A stretch of DNA of 33,613 nt from a virus: UHGV virus genome UHGV-0204359; one strand, written 5' to 3'. This document shows, in pieces, positions 1-7,717 of this stretch. A program made the position numbers and the translations under genes. Below the pieces are notes generated by a model, which ran no database searches, had not been told where the DNA came from, and saw nothing but the letters and a program-made list of their open reading frames with translations. The stretch's first letter is position 1; every line of letters starts with the position of its first letter.

Positions 1-180
1 GGGTCTCCGGCAATGCACGGGTCTACGGCAATGCAGAGGTCTACGGCGATGCACGGGTCTACGGCAATGCATGGGTCTCCGGCGATGCACAGGTCTACGG
101 CAATGCAGAGGTCTACGGCGATGCACGGGTCTACGGCAATGCATGGGTCTCCGGCGATGCACGGGTCTACGGCAATGCAG
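1..180 (+). repeat. 18-bp tandem repeat (GGC RAT GCA nnG GTC TMC) encoding G[ND]A[WRQE]V[YS]
   Basis: About 10 imperfect units here and about 3.5 more at 33550-33613, with a 72-bp higher-order period. Confidence 0.95.
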
Positions 181-422
181 AATACACAACCATAAAAGGC
201 TTTGGCCGGGAATGTAGGACGACAACATTTTTCCGTCTCAAAAATGGAGAGGTCGGGGTAAGGTGCGGGTGCTTCTACGGCACAATCGAACAGTTCCGCG
301 AAAAAGTGCAGGAAACGCACAGGGACAGCAAATATGCAAAAGAGTATCTGATGATTGCGGACTTGATGGAGCTACATTTTGAGCGTGAGGAGAAAAGAGG
401 AGGCGGCGTAGATGGCGATTAA
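3..422 (+). CDS. 3' part of a hexapeptide-repeat (beta-helix-like) phage protein; 5' part is at 33400-33613
   Basis: Frame 3 reads VSGNARVYGNAEVYGDARVY...EYTTIKGFGRECRTTTFFRLKNGEVGVRCGCFYGTIEQF...GD* (TAA 420-422). It joins the window end in frame (last T + GG = TGG, Trp). Not in the ORF track. Confidence 0.85.
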   Translation, partial: VSGNARVYGNAEVYGDARVYGNAWVSGDAQVYGNAEVYGDARVYGNAWVSGDARVYGNAEYTTIKGFGRECRTTTFFRLKNGEVGVRCGCFYGTIEQFREKVQETHRDSKYAKEYLMIADLMELHFEREEKRGGGVDGD

Positions 423-1077
423 ACCCATATTATTCAATACCGAAATGGTGCGGGCGATTCTGGACGGTAGGAAGACCTGCACCAGAAGGATTGTGAAAGA
501 TGGCATTCCGGATGGTGCGATGTGGAGATATAAAGCATTTACTCCTAAAGGATATATAACTTGTAGAGGGGTGTATGCCGATGGATACGGCGAGGGATTT
601 TACAAGTTGCCATATGAACCGGGAGATATCCTGTATGTTCGGGAAACGTGGACGCGTTTTGAATGTTGGAATTGTGATGGGGATGAAGAAGGAAACTGCG
701 TAAAAGAGCCTCACATAAGTGTTTTGGAAAAACAGTGTGGCTGTTATCTGTATCGAGCAACGAGTGAAATAGGTGGAGATGCAAGATGGCACCCATCCAT
801 CCACATGCCGAAAGAAGCGGCTCGCATCTGGCTGAAGGTTACGGATGTACGGGTGGAGCGGTTGCAGGATATTGACGGAAAAGGGTGTTTGAAAGAAGGA
901 ATTGAAGAAGAACCTTTAAAATACGTCGGAGACGAGTTTGTAAAAGGGATGTTTCATGACCTTTGGGATTCCACCATCAAGAAATCCGACCTTGACCGTT
1001 ACGGATGGGAAGCGAACCCGTGGGTCTGGGCGATAGAATTTGAACGGTGTGAAAAGCCGGAGGAGGAAAGAAGATGA
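412..1077 (+). CDS. conserved phage protein, ASCH/PUA-like
   Basis: Motifs KPILFNTEMVRAILDGRKTCTRR, PGDILYVRETW, WHPSIHMPKEAARIWLKVTDVRVERLQDI, W.ANPWVW; RBS GAGGAGG upstream. Confidence 0.8.
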   Translation: MAIKPILFNTEMVRAILDGRKTCTRRIVKDGIPDGAMWRYKAFTPKGYITCRGVYADGYGEGFYKLPYEPGDILYVRETWTRFECWNCDGDEEGNCVKEPHISVLEKQCGCYLYRATSEIGGDARWHPSIHMPKEAARIWLKVTDVRVERLQDIDGKGCLKEGIEEEPLKYVGDEFVKGMFHDLWDSTIKKSDLDRYGWEANPWVWAIEFERCEKPEEERR

Positions 1078-1274
1078 AAGCAAGACCAAAGGAAGCAGCA
1101 ACCTACATCGTAGCAACCATTTCGGGTGACGCAGAAGTCTGGATTAGTTGCTTCCCACAGCAGATCTGGGAATACCGGGAAGAAGGCAGGAAAGTAACGG
1201 TAAGTCGGAAGAATATCTCCCTGACAATTCCGAAAGAGGAATTCGAAAAGCATTGGAAGGTGGTGAAAGAATGA
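1074..1274 (+). CDS. hypothetical phage protein (66 aa)
   Basis: ATGA overlaps at both ends; RBS GGAGGAGG. Confidence 0.7.
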   Translation: MKARPKEAATYIVATISGDAEVWISCFPQQIWEYREEGRKVTVSRKNISLTIPKEEFEKHWKVVKE

Positions 1275-1675
1275 GAAAGCCTATATCGAAAAAGACCAGG
1301 CAAGAGGTCTATGAAAAATACGGCGGATTCTGTGCTTACTGCGGATGTCCGCTACCGGAAAAAGGCTTCCATATTGACCATAAACACTGCGTCAGAAACT
1401 ACGATGGAAAAGAGGATGTGAACGACATATCTAATCTTATGCCGTCATGCCGTAGCTGCAATAAGTACAAGGCTACACTGGATCTTGAGGACTTCCGGGA
1501 AATGATTTCCGGCATACCGGGACGGCTCCGGCGGGATTCCAGCACTTACAATATCGCCTTACGGTATGGACTGGTGGAGGAGCATGAGAAAAAAATAAAA
1601 TTCTGGTTCGAAATGTGGGAGGATTCAGAAAGCCCCTGGCCTCATATCACAGAGAGATTCAACCGAGTTGTATAG
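1271..1675 (+). CDS. HNH endonuclease
   Basis: CAYCG...FHIDH...N..SNLMPSCRSCNKYK. Start moved to ATG 1271 (MRKPISKK), which overlaps the previous stop. Confidence 0.85.
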   Translation: MRKPISKKTRQEVYEKYGGFCAYCGCPLPEKGFHIDHKHCVRNYDGKEDVNDISNLMPSCRSCNKYKATLDLEDFREMISGIPGRLRRDSSTYNIALRYGLVEEHEKKIKFWFEMWEDSESPWPHITERFNRVV

Positions 1676-1683
1676 GAGGAAAA

Positions 1684-2100
1684 ATGACAGAGAGATTAAC
1701 CAAGCGAGAAAAGAATGGACAGGCCTACTTCCCGATGTGCTTTACACCTCCCTGCAATGGAGAAGGATGCAAGGACGAGAACTGTATATTCATCAGTGAT
1801 GTGTGTGAGCAGTTGGCCGAATATGAAGAACTGGAAGAGCAGGGACGGCTCCTGCGGTTGCCGTGCAAGGTGGGAGATACAGCTTATGCGTTTTTATCAA
1901 CCAACAATTATTTCACAAAATGTAAAATTAACAAAATAGAATTAAAGCCTACTCTTTATGGAAATATACGTTACTTTTTGGAGCAAATAGGTCATCGAGG
2001 GTGTTTATACAGATATTTTGAGGACGATTTTGGAAAAACGGTATTCCTCACAAAAGAGGAAGCGGAAGCCAAGTTGAAAGAGATGGAGGGAAGGACATGA
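1684..2100 (+). CDS. conserved hypothetical phage protein
   Basis: MTERLT...LAEYEELEEQGRLLRLPCKVGDT...FGKTVFLTKEEAEAKL; RBS AGGAGGA before ATG 1684. Confidence 0.8.
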   Translation: MTERLTKREKNGQAYFPMCFTPPCNGEGCKDENCIFISDVCEQLAEYEELEEQGRLLRLPCKVGDTAYAFLSTNNYFTKCKINKIELKPTLYGNIRYFLEQIGHRGCLYRYFEDDFGKTVFLTKEEAEAKLKEMEGRT

Positions 2101-2576
2101 ACGAGAAGGAAACTATTGAACAGCTCCAGGGTGAATACCTTGCCACAAACGGGACAGAAACCCAGGCAAGAGTGAGGTATCATAATGAAGCACTGAGCAT
2201 GGCTATTGCGGCGCTGAAAGAAGTGCAGGAGTACCATGATACTGGCTATGGACCCAAAGCTGTGAGAGAACTTGCAAGGAGATACTACAAGGCGCGTAAA
2301 AGCACAGTAGAGAAGTTAGAGCGGCTCAAACAGTACGAGGCTATCGGCACACCGGAGCAGTGCCAGGAAGCAATAGAGAGACGGACGGAGAAGCCCGTAA
2401 AAGACCAGAAGGGGACAACTTATATTTGGGCTTCCGGATATTGCCCGGTATGCGGAACGGGGATAACGTCACGGTGGAATTACTGCCAGAACTGCGGGCA
2501 GAAAGTAAAGTGGGAGCCGTACCATTTTACCAACCCCGGTAAAAAGGAGACCAATGTCGAAGAGCAGAGCAAGTAA
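2097..2576 (+). CDS. hypothetical phage protein with C-terminal zinc ribbon
   Basis: CPVCG...YCQNCGQK; ATGA overlap with the upstream gene. Confidence 0.8.
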   Translation: MNEKETIEQLQGEYLATNGTETQARVRYHNEALSMAIAALKEVQEYHDTGYGPKAVRELARRYYKARKSTVEKLERLKQYEAIGTPEQCQEAIERRTEKPVKDQKGTTYIWASGYCPVCGTGITSRWNYCQNCGQKVKWEPYHFTNPGKKETNVEEQSK

Positions 2577-2658
2577 ACAGAACGGCTACTTTGCCGCCGT
2601 GTCAAGGCAGAGAAACGATGTATATAAGACCCAGAGAGGGAAGAAGAAGCGTAAATAA
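2554..2658 (+). CDS. small basic protein (34 aa)
   Basis: RBS AAAGGAG, ATG 2554, MSKSRASKQNGYFAAVSRQRNDVYKTQRGKKKRK*; below the ORF-track cutoff. Confidence 0.5.
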   Translation: MSKSRASKQNGYFAAVSRQRNDVYKTQRGKKKRK

Positions 2659-2717
2659 TTGAGAAAGGAGACCAACCTCCGGCCGGGGTAAGGGTATACC
2701 GGGTTTCCAGAAAAATC

Positions 2718-3563
2718 ATGAAAACAAAATGCGAGATTTACAGAGATTCTATGCAGAACTATAAAAAGTATGGGATTCCGCTGGCACAGCTTGTCATTGC
2801 TGATGTACCGTACAATGTAGGCTCCAACTTTTACGGGAGTAGTCCTCAATGGTACAACGGCGGTGACAACGCCAATGGCGAAAGCAAGCTGGCGGGAAAG
2901 GCAGCATTCAATTCGGACTTCAATTTCAATTTATACGAGTACTTCCATTTCTGCTCCCGAATGCTGCGGAAAGAGGACACGAAAAAGTCTGTCAGAGGGC
3001 GGGGCAGTGACAGCCCGTGCATGATTGTATTCTGCGCCTTTGAGCAGTTGCAGACCTTGATCGCCGCGGCTGCCAAGCATGGATTTGTCCACTACATACC
3101 TCTTGTGTTTGTAAAAAACTACAGCCCGCAGGCTCTTAAGGCAAATATGCGTGTGGTAGGAGCCACGGAGTACGCCCTGATATTCTATCGGGATCGCCTT
3201 CCGAAGTTTCGCAACGGCGCACTGCGGGACGAGAACGGCAAGACGATTCGGGGCACCGGAAAGATGGTGTTTAACTGGTTCTCCTGGGAGAGGGACGGAA
3301 GGGAAATTCCGAAGATTCACCCGGCGCAGAAGCCCGTTGCAGTGCTGAAAAGGTTGATCGAGATCTTCACGGATCCGGGTGATGTGGTGATTGATCCGTG
3401 CTGTGGCTCCGGCTCAACGCTCCGGGCGGCGGCAGAACTGGGGCGCAATGCCTACGGGTTTGAGATTGACCGGACTTTTTACGAGCGGGCGAAAAATGAA
3501 ATGCTGGTATTCGAGGAGGACGGTCAGATGGATATTACAGATTTTTTGGAGGATAAAGCATGA
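2718..3563 (+). CDS. orphan DNA N6-adenine/N4-cytosine methyltransferase (beta class)
   Basis: Catalytic motif IV-like ADVPY near the N-terminus; HPAQKP and motif I VIDPCCGSGST near the C-terminus. Confidence 0.9.
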   Translation: MKTKCEIYRDSMQNYKKYGIPLAQLVIADVPYNVGSNFYGSSPQWYNGGDNANGESKLAGKAAFNSDFNFNLYEYFHFCSRMLRKEDTKKSVRGRGSDSPCMIVFCAFEQLQTLIAAAAKHGFVHYIPLVFVKNYSPQALKANMRVVGATEYALIFYRDRLPKFRNGALRDENGKTIRGTGKMVFNWFSWERDGREIPKIHPAQKPVAVLKRLIEIFTDPGDVVIDPCCGSGSTLRAAAELGRNAYGFEIDRTFYERAKNEMLVFEEDGQMDITDFLEDKA

Positions 3564-3841
3564 ACATCTACATCAGCGGCCCCATGCGGGGCGTGGACAA
3601 CTACGATACACTTTTCAGAACGGCAGAAATGAAGCTGAAAGAGGGCGGACATAATGTTGCTAATCCGGCGGATCTGGATCTTGATGGTCTTACCAGGGAG
3701 CAAATGCTCAACGTGGATCTGGTACTGCTGGACTTGTGCGACACAATCTATATGCTCAAAGGCTGGGAAAGTTCCTGCGGAGCAAACCGGGAATACGGGT
3801 ATGCGCTGGCTAAGGGGCTGGATGTCATGTTTGAAAGGTGA
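3560..3841 (+). CDS. DUF4406-like protein (nucleoside deoxyribosyltransferase-like fold)
   Basis: IYISGPM.G...F...NPA...CD.IYML.GWE.S.GAN.EY.YA signature. Confidence 0.85.
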   Translation: MNIYISGPMRGVDNYDTLFRTAEMKLKEGGHNVANPADLDLDGLTREQMLNVDLVLLDLCDTIYMLKGWESSCGANREYGYALAKGLDVMFER

Positions 3842-3846
3842 TAGCT

Positions 3847-4134
3847 ATGAAAATTGAGCTTCTGAACGATATGTACCTGGAGCCACAGAAAAGCGGAGGC
3901 TACAGCCTATACAAGCGGTACACCACAGCCAAGGGAGAGCCCCGCAGAAAGCGCATAGCCTATGCAGGAGACCTTGAACAGGCAGTCAAGTCATTCTTGC
4001 AGGCCGTCCAGTATGAGGAGCTGAAAGACCTGCACACGGTGTTTGATGGCTATGTGAAGCGGGTGGAGGAGTGCAATCGTGAGACAGTGATGAAGATCGT
4101 TGAAAAAGTGGAGCAGGAACTCAAAAGTGAATAA
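3847..4134 (+). CDS. hypothetical phage protein
   Basis: RBS AAAGGTGA then ATG 3847; continues the + strand operon. Confidence 0.7.
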   Translation: MKIELLNDMYLEPQKSGGYSLYKRYTTAKGEPRRKRIAYAGDLEQAVKSFLQAVQYEELKDLHTVFDGYVKRVEECNRETVMKIVEKVEQELKSE

Positions 4135-4215
4135 GAAAGTGAAATAGGAACTCAAAAAATGAATTAAAAATTTGAGTTGCTGAGTTAAAAGCTGAAGCAT
4201 CAGGAGGAAAAGTTG

Positions 4216-4407
4216 ATGGAAGAACTGAAACCGTGCCCGATCTGCGGAAAAACACCAGGAATCGAACATTGGTCAAGCGGAGGAATGATGCATATGGTAA
4301 AGTGTAACAATCCTGATTGTCCTGTGCCGGTAGTGTCTTATCCGGCAGGATATAACCTGAGTGAGGTAATTTCCGAATGGAACAGGAGGGCAAACGATGA
4401 CAAATAG
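4216..4407 (+). CDS. Lar-like restriction alleviation zinc-finger protein
   Basis: ELKPCPICG...VKC...C...EVISEWNRRA pattern of the Lar family; RBS AGGAGG. Confidence 0.75.
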   Translation: MEELKPCPICGKTPGIEHWSSGGMMHMVKCNNPDCPVPVVSYPAGYNLSEVISEWNRRANDDK

Positions 4408-4783
4408 AGAAGCGTATAAGGATAAGCTGGACGATCTGCTTGCCAGGATTATTGCGGTAGTAGATGGCGAACCAGTACGGTGTTGGGGTGCCAGTTGCAA
4501 AAGATGTCTTTTTCAGGACACCTGCGGGAAACCTAGACACAAGAAGAAGATCATTGACTGGCTCAATGCCGAATACCAGGAGCCGCCTGTGGACTGGAGC
4601 AAGGTGCCGATTGACACGCCAGTGCTGGCGTCATGTGATGGAGAAAGATGGTACCGCAGATACTTCGCTGGAGTGCGTGATGGAAAGCCAGAAACCTATG
4701 ATTCGGGTGCTACATCGTGGTCTGTATATGATAATCGAACATATGTTTGGAAATACATGAGGCTTGCGGAGGGCAATGAATGA
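4397..4783 (+). CDS. hypothetical phage protein
   Basis: MTNRE...C..C.F...C...WLNAEY.EPPVDWSKVPIDTPVL...W..RYFA; RBS AGGAGG. Confidence 0.8.
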   Translation: MTNREAYKDKLDDLLARIIAVVDGEPVRCWGASCKRCLFQDTCGKPRHKKKIIDWLNAEYQEPPVDWSKVPIDTPVLASCDGERWYRRYFAGVRDGKPETYDSGATSWSVYDNRTYVWKYMRLAEGNE

Positions 4784-5325
4784 CCGGGGGGGGGTATCTG
4801 AACGGATCCGGATACCCTGACCCGACAGCATACAAGGCGATAAAAGAAACGGAGGAAAAAGAGATGGAAGCGAGAAGTGGAGAGCTGTGGAGGTACGCAG
4901 CCGGGGAAGTTGAGCGAGAGGGCGTAGTGGTAGGTACAGATGGCGTTGTGGTGACGATTCTGCCACTGTTGGATATTTGCTTTGATGGGGCAATCGAGAT
5001 AACGACAAGCGCAGGAGTTAAGTATGTACAGCCACTTAGACTTAGTTACACCACGCAGAAAAAGCTGGTGGCTTACCTGCGAGATGTGCCGGATGATACG
5101 ATGCGCGAGATTAAGACCGCCATCAGCGCAGGACTAGGACTTACATCCGCAGAGCCGAGTAGACCGGACGCAACACCGGACGATGGAGCACGGGACGAGG
5201 TGGAAAGGTTCAAGGCCGAGAATCAGAGGTTAAAGAGCGAGCTGATAGAATCCACAGTGAGAGCGAAGGTCATGACAGAGCAGTACAATACGCTCCTGGA
5301 GCGGTTCTGCGATTCGTTGCGCTGA
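4780..5325 (+). CDS. degenerate PemK/MazF-like fold protein with C-terminal coiled coil
   Basis: N-terminal NGSGYPDPTAYKAI, then RSGELW...VVV...VTILPL...KKL..Y...V....M.EI..AI...LGL; G9 tract just after the start codon. Confidence 0.6.
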   Translation: MTGGGYLNGSGYPDPTAYKAIKETEEKEMEARSGELWRYAAGEVEREGVVVGTDGVVVTILPLLDICFDGAIEITTSAGVKYVQPLRLSYTTQKKLVAYLRDVPDDTMREIKTAISAGLGLTSAEPSRPDATPDDGARDEVERFKAENQRLKSELIESTVRAKVMTEQYNTLLERFCDSLR

Positions 5326-5345
5326 CAAGTTACCGGCAAGTTAAA

Positions 5346-5383
5346 AGGGCGGTGCGCTCCACGTCAAAAGAACGCACTGCCCT
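5346..5383 (+). promoter_or_regulatory. stem-loop in front of the late activator gene
   Basis: AGGGCGGTGCG (5346-5356) / CGCACTGCCCT (5373-5383). Confidence 0.5.
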
Positions 5384-5403
5384 GTATTTGAGAGGAGGAC
5401 GTA

Positions 5404-5793
5404 ATGGACGCAAAAGAACTGTACGCATATCAGAATGACCGGGAAAAACTGCGCTCCCTGCAAATTGAGCTTGCAAGGCATGAGAGCTTCAACCCATACA
5501 AAGGTTGCGAGATCTCCGATATGCCCAAAGGGAGCGGGGGTGGTATGTCCTTTGCAGAGTGGTGGACGGACGAAAAGCTCCGACTAGAAGAAAAAATCAA
5601 AGAGTGTATCGAAAAGGTGGAGAGCGACCGGAAGCGGATAGAAGCGTATATTGATGACGCACCGGAGCCGGAACAATCCATCATCAGGTACAGAGTGATC
5701 AACGGTATGGGGTGGGACGAGATTGGAGATACGATGTACCTTAATCGCCGGACGGTCAGCCGTAAGTTTTACAATTATATAAAATGCCCGTAA
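5404..5793 (+). CDS. late transcriptional activator (ArpU/RinA-like, C-terminal HTH)
   Basis: ISDMPKG...IIRYRVINGMGWDEIGDTMYLNRRTVSRK; last gene before the terminase. Confidence 0.8.
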   Translation: MDAKELYAYQNDREKLRSLQIELARHESFNPYKGCEISDMPKGSGGGMSFAEWWTDEKLRLEEKIKECIEKVESDRKRIEAYIDDAPEPEQSIIRYRVINGMGWDEIGDTMYLNRRTVSRKFYNYIKCP

Positions 5794-5838
5794 TGCCCGT
5801 AATGCCCGTAGACTGACATACGTGTAGTATGGTATGAT
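5783..5838 (+). promoter_or_regulatory. late promoter: 3 x AATGCCCGT activator-binding repeats plus extended -10
   Basis: Exact 9-bp repeats at 5783-5791, 5792-5800, 5801-5809; TG-G-TATGAT at 5830-5838; no good -35. Confidence 0.75.
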
Positions 5839-5856
5839 ATACTTGTCAGAAATGGC

Positions 5857-5894
5857 AAGAGGTGTCCGCAAGCCCACAGTGGATGCCTCTTTTC
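5857..5894 (+). terminator. terminator-like hairpin in the late leader
   Basis: AAGAGGTGTCCGC / GTGGATGCCTCTT (three G-U pairs) followed by a short T run. Confidence 0.55.
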
Positions 5895-5970
5895 TGTTGC
5901 TGTCATTTTTCCATTAACGGCGGGTGGGGAGACCTGCCCGCACCTACTCCAACCGGAAAGGGGTGAGACT

Positions 5971-6438
5971 ATGGGGCTGTCAAAATATGAGGAATGGATT
6001 ACCCCGGAAGGTCTTACCAAGATAGAGGGGTGGGCGATGGACGGTCTGATAGATACGGAGATCGCTGCAAACATGGGGGTCAACCCAGATACGCTGTACA
6101 GGTGGAAAAGGAAATATGTGGAAATTTCCGAGGCCTTAAAAAAGGGGAAGGATGTAGTAGACCGACAGGTAGAAAAGTCGCTGCTCAAGAGAGCCCTTGG
6201 ATTTGAGTACAACGAGACCAAGAACGTATATGAGACGGACAGCGAGGGAAAACGTATCCTCAAAGAGAGCACAATCACCCGCAAGATGGTAGCGCCGGAC
6301 ACTACGGCGCAGATTTTTTGGTTAAAGAACCGAAAGCCGGACAAGTGGCGTGACAAACCGGAGACTGTTAAGCAGGGAGACACAGGACTGTTTGAGGGTA
6401 TTGTAAAGGCGGTAGGTGGTAAATTTGACGCTGGTTAG
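5971..6438 (+). CDS. terS: terminase small subunit
   Basis: HTH (GL.DTEIAANMGV...TLYRWK...EISEALKKGK), V.PDTTAQIFWLKNRKPDKWRDK; directly upstream of terL. Confidence 0.85.
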   Translation: MGLSKYEEWITPEGLTKIEGWAMDGLIDTEIAANMGVNPDTLYRWKRKYVEISEALKKGKDVVDRQVEKSLLKRALGFEYNETKNVYETDSEGKRILKESTITRKMVAPDTTAQIFWLKNRKPDKWRDKPETVKQGDTGLFEGIVKAVGGKFDAG

Positions 6439-7705
6439 ATGGTCAGACAAGCAGGAGAGCCTATTGAGTATGCCATACAAGCACTGCTTAGAGGTGTTAG
6501 AGGGTACACCGAGATCCGGCAAGACAACCTGCGCAGTTGCGCGTGCGGCGTGGTACTGGTGGAACACACCAGACACAAACCACATGGTACTTGCCTACAA
6601 TCAGGAGCAGGCCTTTAAGCTGGTGCTGGACTGTGACGGTCTGGGGATACAGTATATCTTTGCGGGGCTGTGGGAAATGAAGCATGACGATTATGGCGAT
6701 CACCTACTCCTGCATACACCCAAAGGGGACAAGCGGATATATTACAAAGGCGGCGGCAAGGCCGACAGCCACAAGGCGTTTACGGGTATGTCACTCGGGA
6801 GCGTCTTTTTTTGTGAGATTAACCTGCTGCACATGAACGCCATACAGGAGGCATTTAGGCGGACGATGGCGGCGAGGATACGCTGGCACATCGCAGACCT
6901 TAATCCTCCGGCTCCGAATCACCCATGTATCACAGAGGTGTTTAATGTACAGGACACCTACTGGACACACTGGACACCGGACGACAACCCGATTCTGACG
7001 GAGCAGAGAAAGAGGGAGCTGTATAATACGCTCTGTAAAAACAAGTACTTGCTGGAGCGTGACTGGTACGGCTTGCGGGTTATCCCGGAGGGTGTCATTT
7101 ACAGCATGTTTGACCCGGGGCGTGATATCAAAAAAGAGATCCCAAGCGGTGAGTACTGCGTGGAGATGTTTTTTTCAGGGGACGGCGGACTTACAGACGC
7201 AACATCAATATCATGCAATATCATCACACGCAAGACCGAGGAGGGGCGCGTGGTGTACAGGCTGGCACGTATCGCCAACTGGTACTATGACGGCGCCAAC
7301 AAGGCCATGAGTACACAAGCCAGAGAGATAGCGCAGGAGTTTGCCCCGTACTGCCGGAATAAGACCGGTATGCGGGAGAGCTGCTGGAAGATAGACCCGG
7401 CATGTAAGGCATTGCGGAAAGAGCTGGAGCTGTTTGGCATATCTTCGGACTGCGCAGACAACAATGGCCGGGATATAAAGGGCACGAGCAAAGGCTTAAA
7501 AGTAGGCATTGAGTATATGCAATCATGCATAGACAAAGGCCTTTTTTATTGTGTTGAGGATAGCAGATACGGGCACCAGGATTTTTTAAAAGAGATTGGT
7601 CTGTACTGCGTAGACGCACACGGCAACCCCATCGACACGTGGAATCATGCGATGGACGAGGCCAGATATAGCGTAAATTACTTTTACAAAACATATGTTC
7701 TGTAA
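6425..7705 (+). CDS. terL: terminase large subunit (PBSX-like, probably headful/pac packaging)
   Basis: Walker A EGTPRSGKT, nuclease DGG..DAT and NHAMDE.RY; probable TTG start at 6425 after AGGTGG. Confidence 0.92.
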   Translation: MTLVRWSDKQESLLSMPYKHCLEVLEGTPRSGKTTCAVARAAWYWWNTPDTNHMVLAYNQEQAFKLVLDCDGLGIQYIFAGLWEMKHDDYGDHLLLHTPKGDKRIYYKGGGKADSHKAFTGMSLGSVFFCEINLLHMNAIQEAFRRTMAARIRWHIADLNPPAPNHPCITEVFNVQDTYWTHWTPDDNPILTEQRKRELYNTLCKNKYLLERDWYGLRVIPEGVIYSMFDPGRDIKKEIPSGEYCVEMFFSGDGGLTDATSISCNIITRKTEEGRVVYRLARIANWYYDGANKAMSTQAREIAQEFAPYCRNKTGMRESCWKIDPACKALRKELELFGISSDCADNNGRDIKGTSKGLKVGIEYMQSCIDKGLFYCVEDSRYGHQDFLKEIGLYCVDAHGNPIDTWNHAMDEARYSVNYFYKTYVL

Positions 7706-7717
7706 AGGAGTGAAAGA

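Noticed and set aside
1..180. Repeat array as CRISPR or DGR repeat
   Set aside because: Contiguous coding 18-mers with no unique spacers; no cas or reverse transcriptase gene in the window.
13..195. ORF-track 60-aa MHGSTAMQRSTA repeat protein
   Set aside because: Wrong frame of the 18-bp repeat; frame 3 continues into a sensible C-terminal domain and joins the 33400 start.
2659..2717. Self-cleaving ribozyme or known SAM riboswitch
   Set aside because: I could not find the conserved cores of hammerhead, twister, pistol or the SMK box; kept only as an unclassified structured leader.
4116..4185. GGAACTCAAAA direct repeat and AACTCAAA/TTTGAGTT inverted repeat
   Set aside because: Short and AT-rich with no clear promoter or terminator context; may be a recombination scar but cannot be supported.
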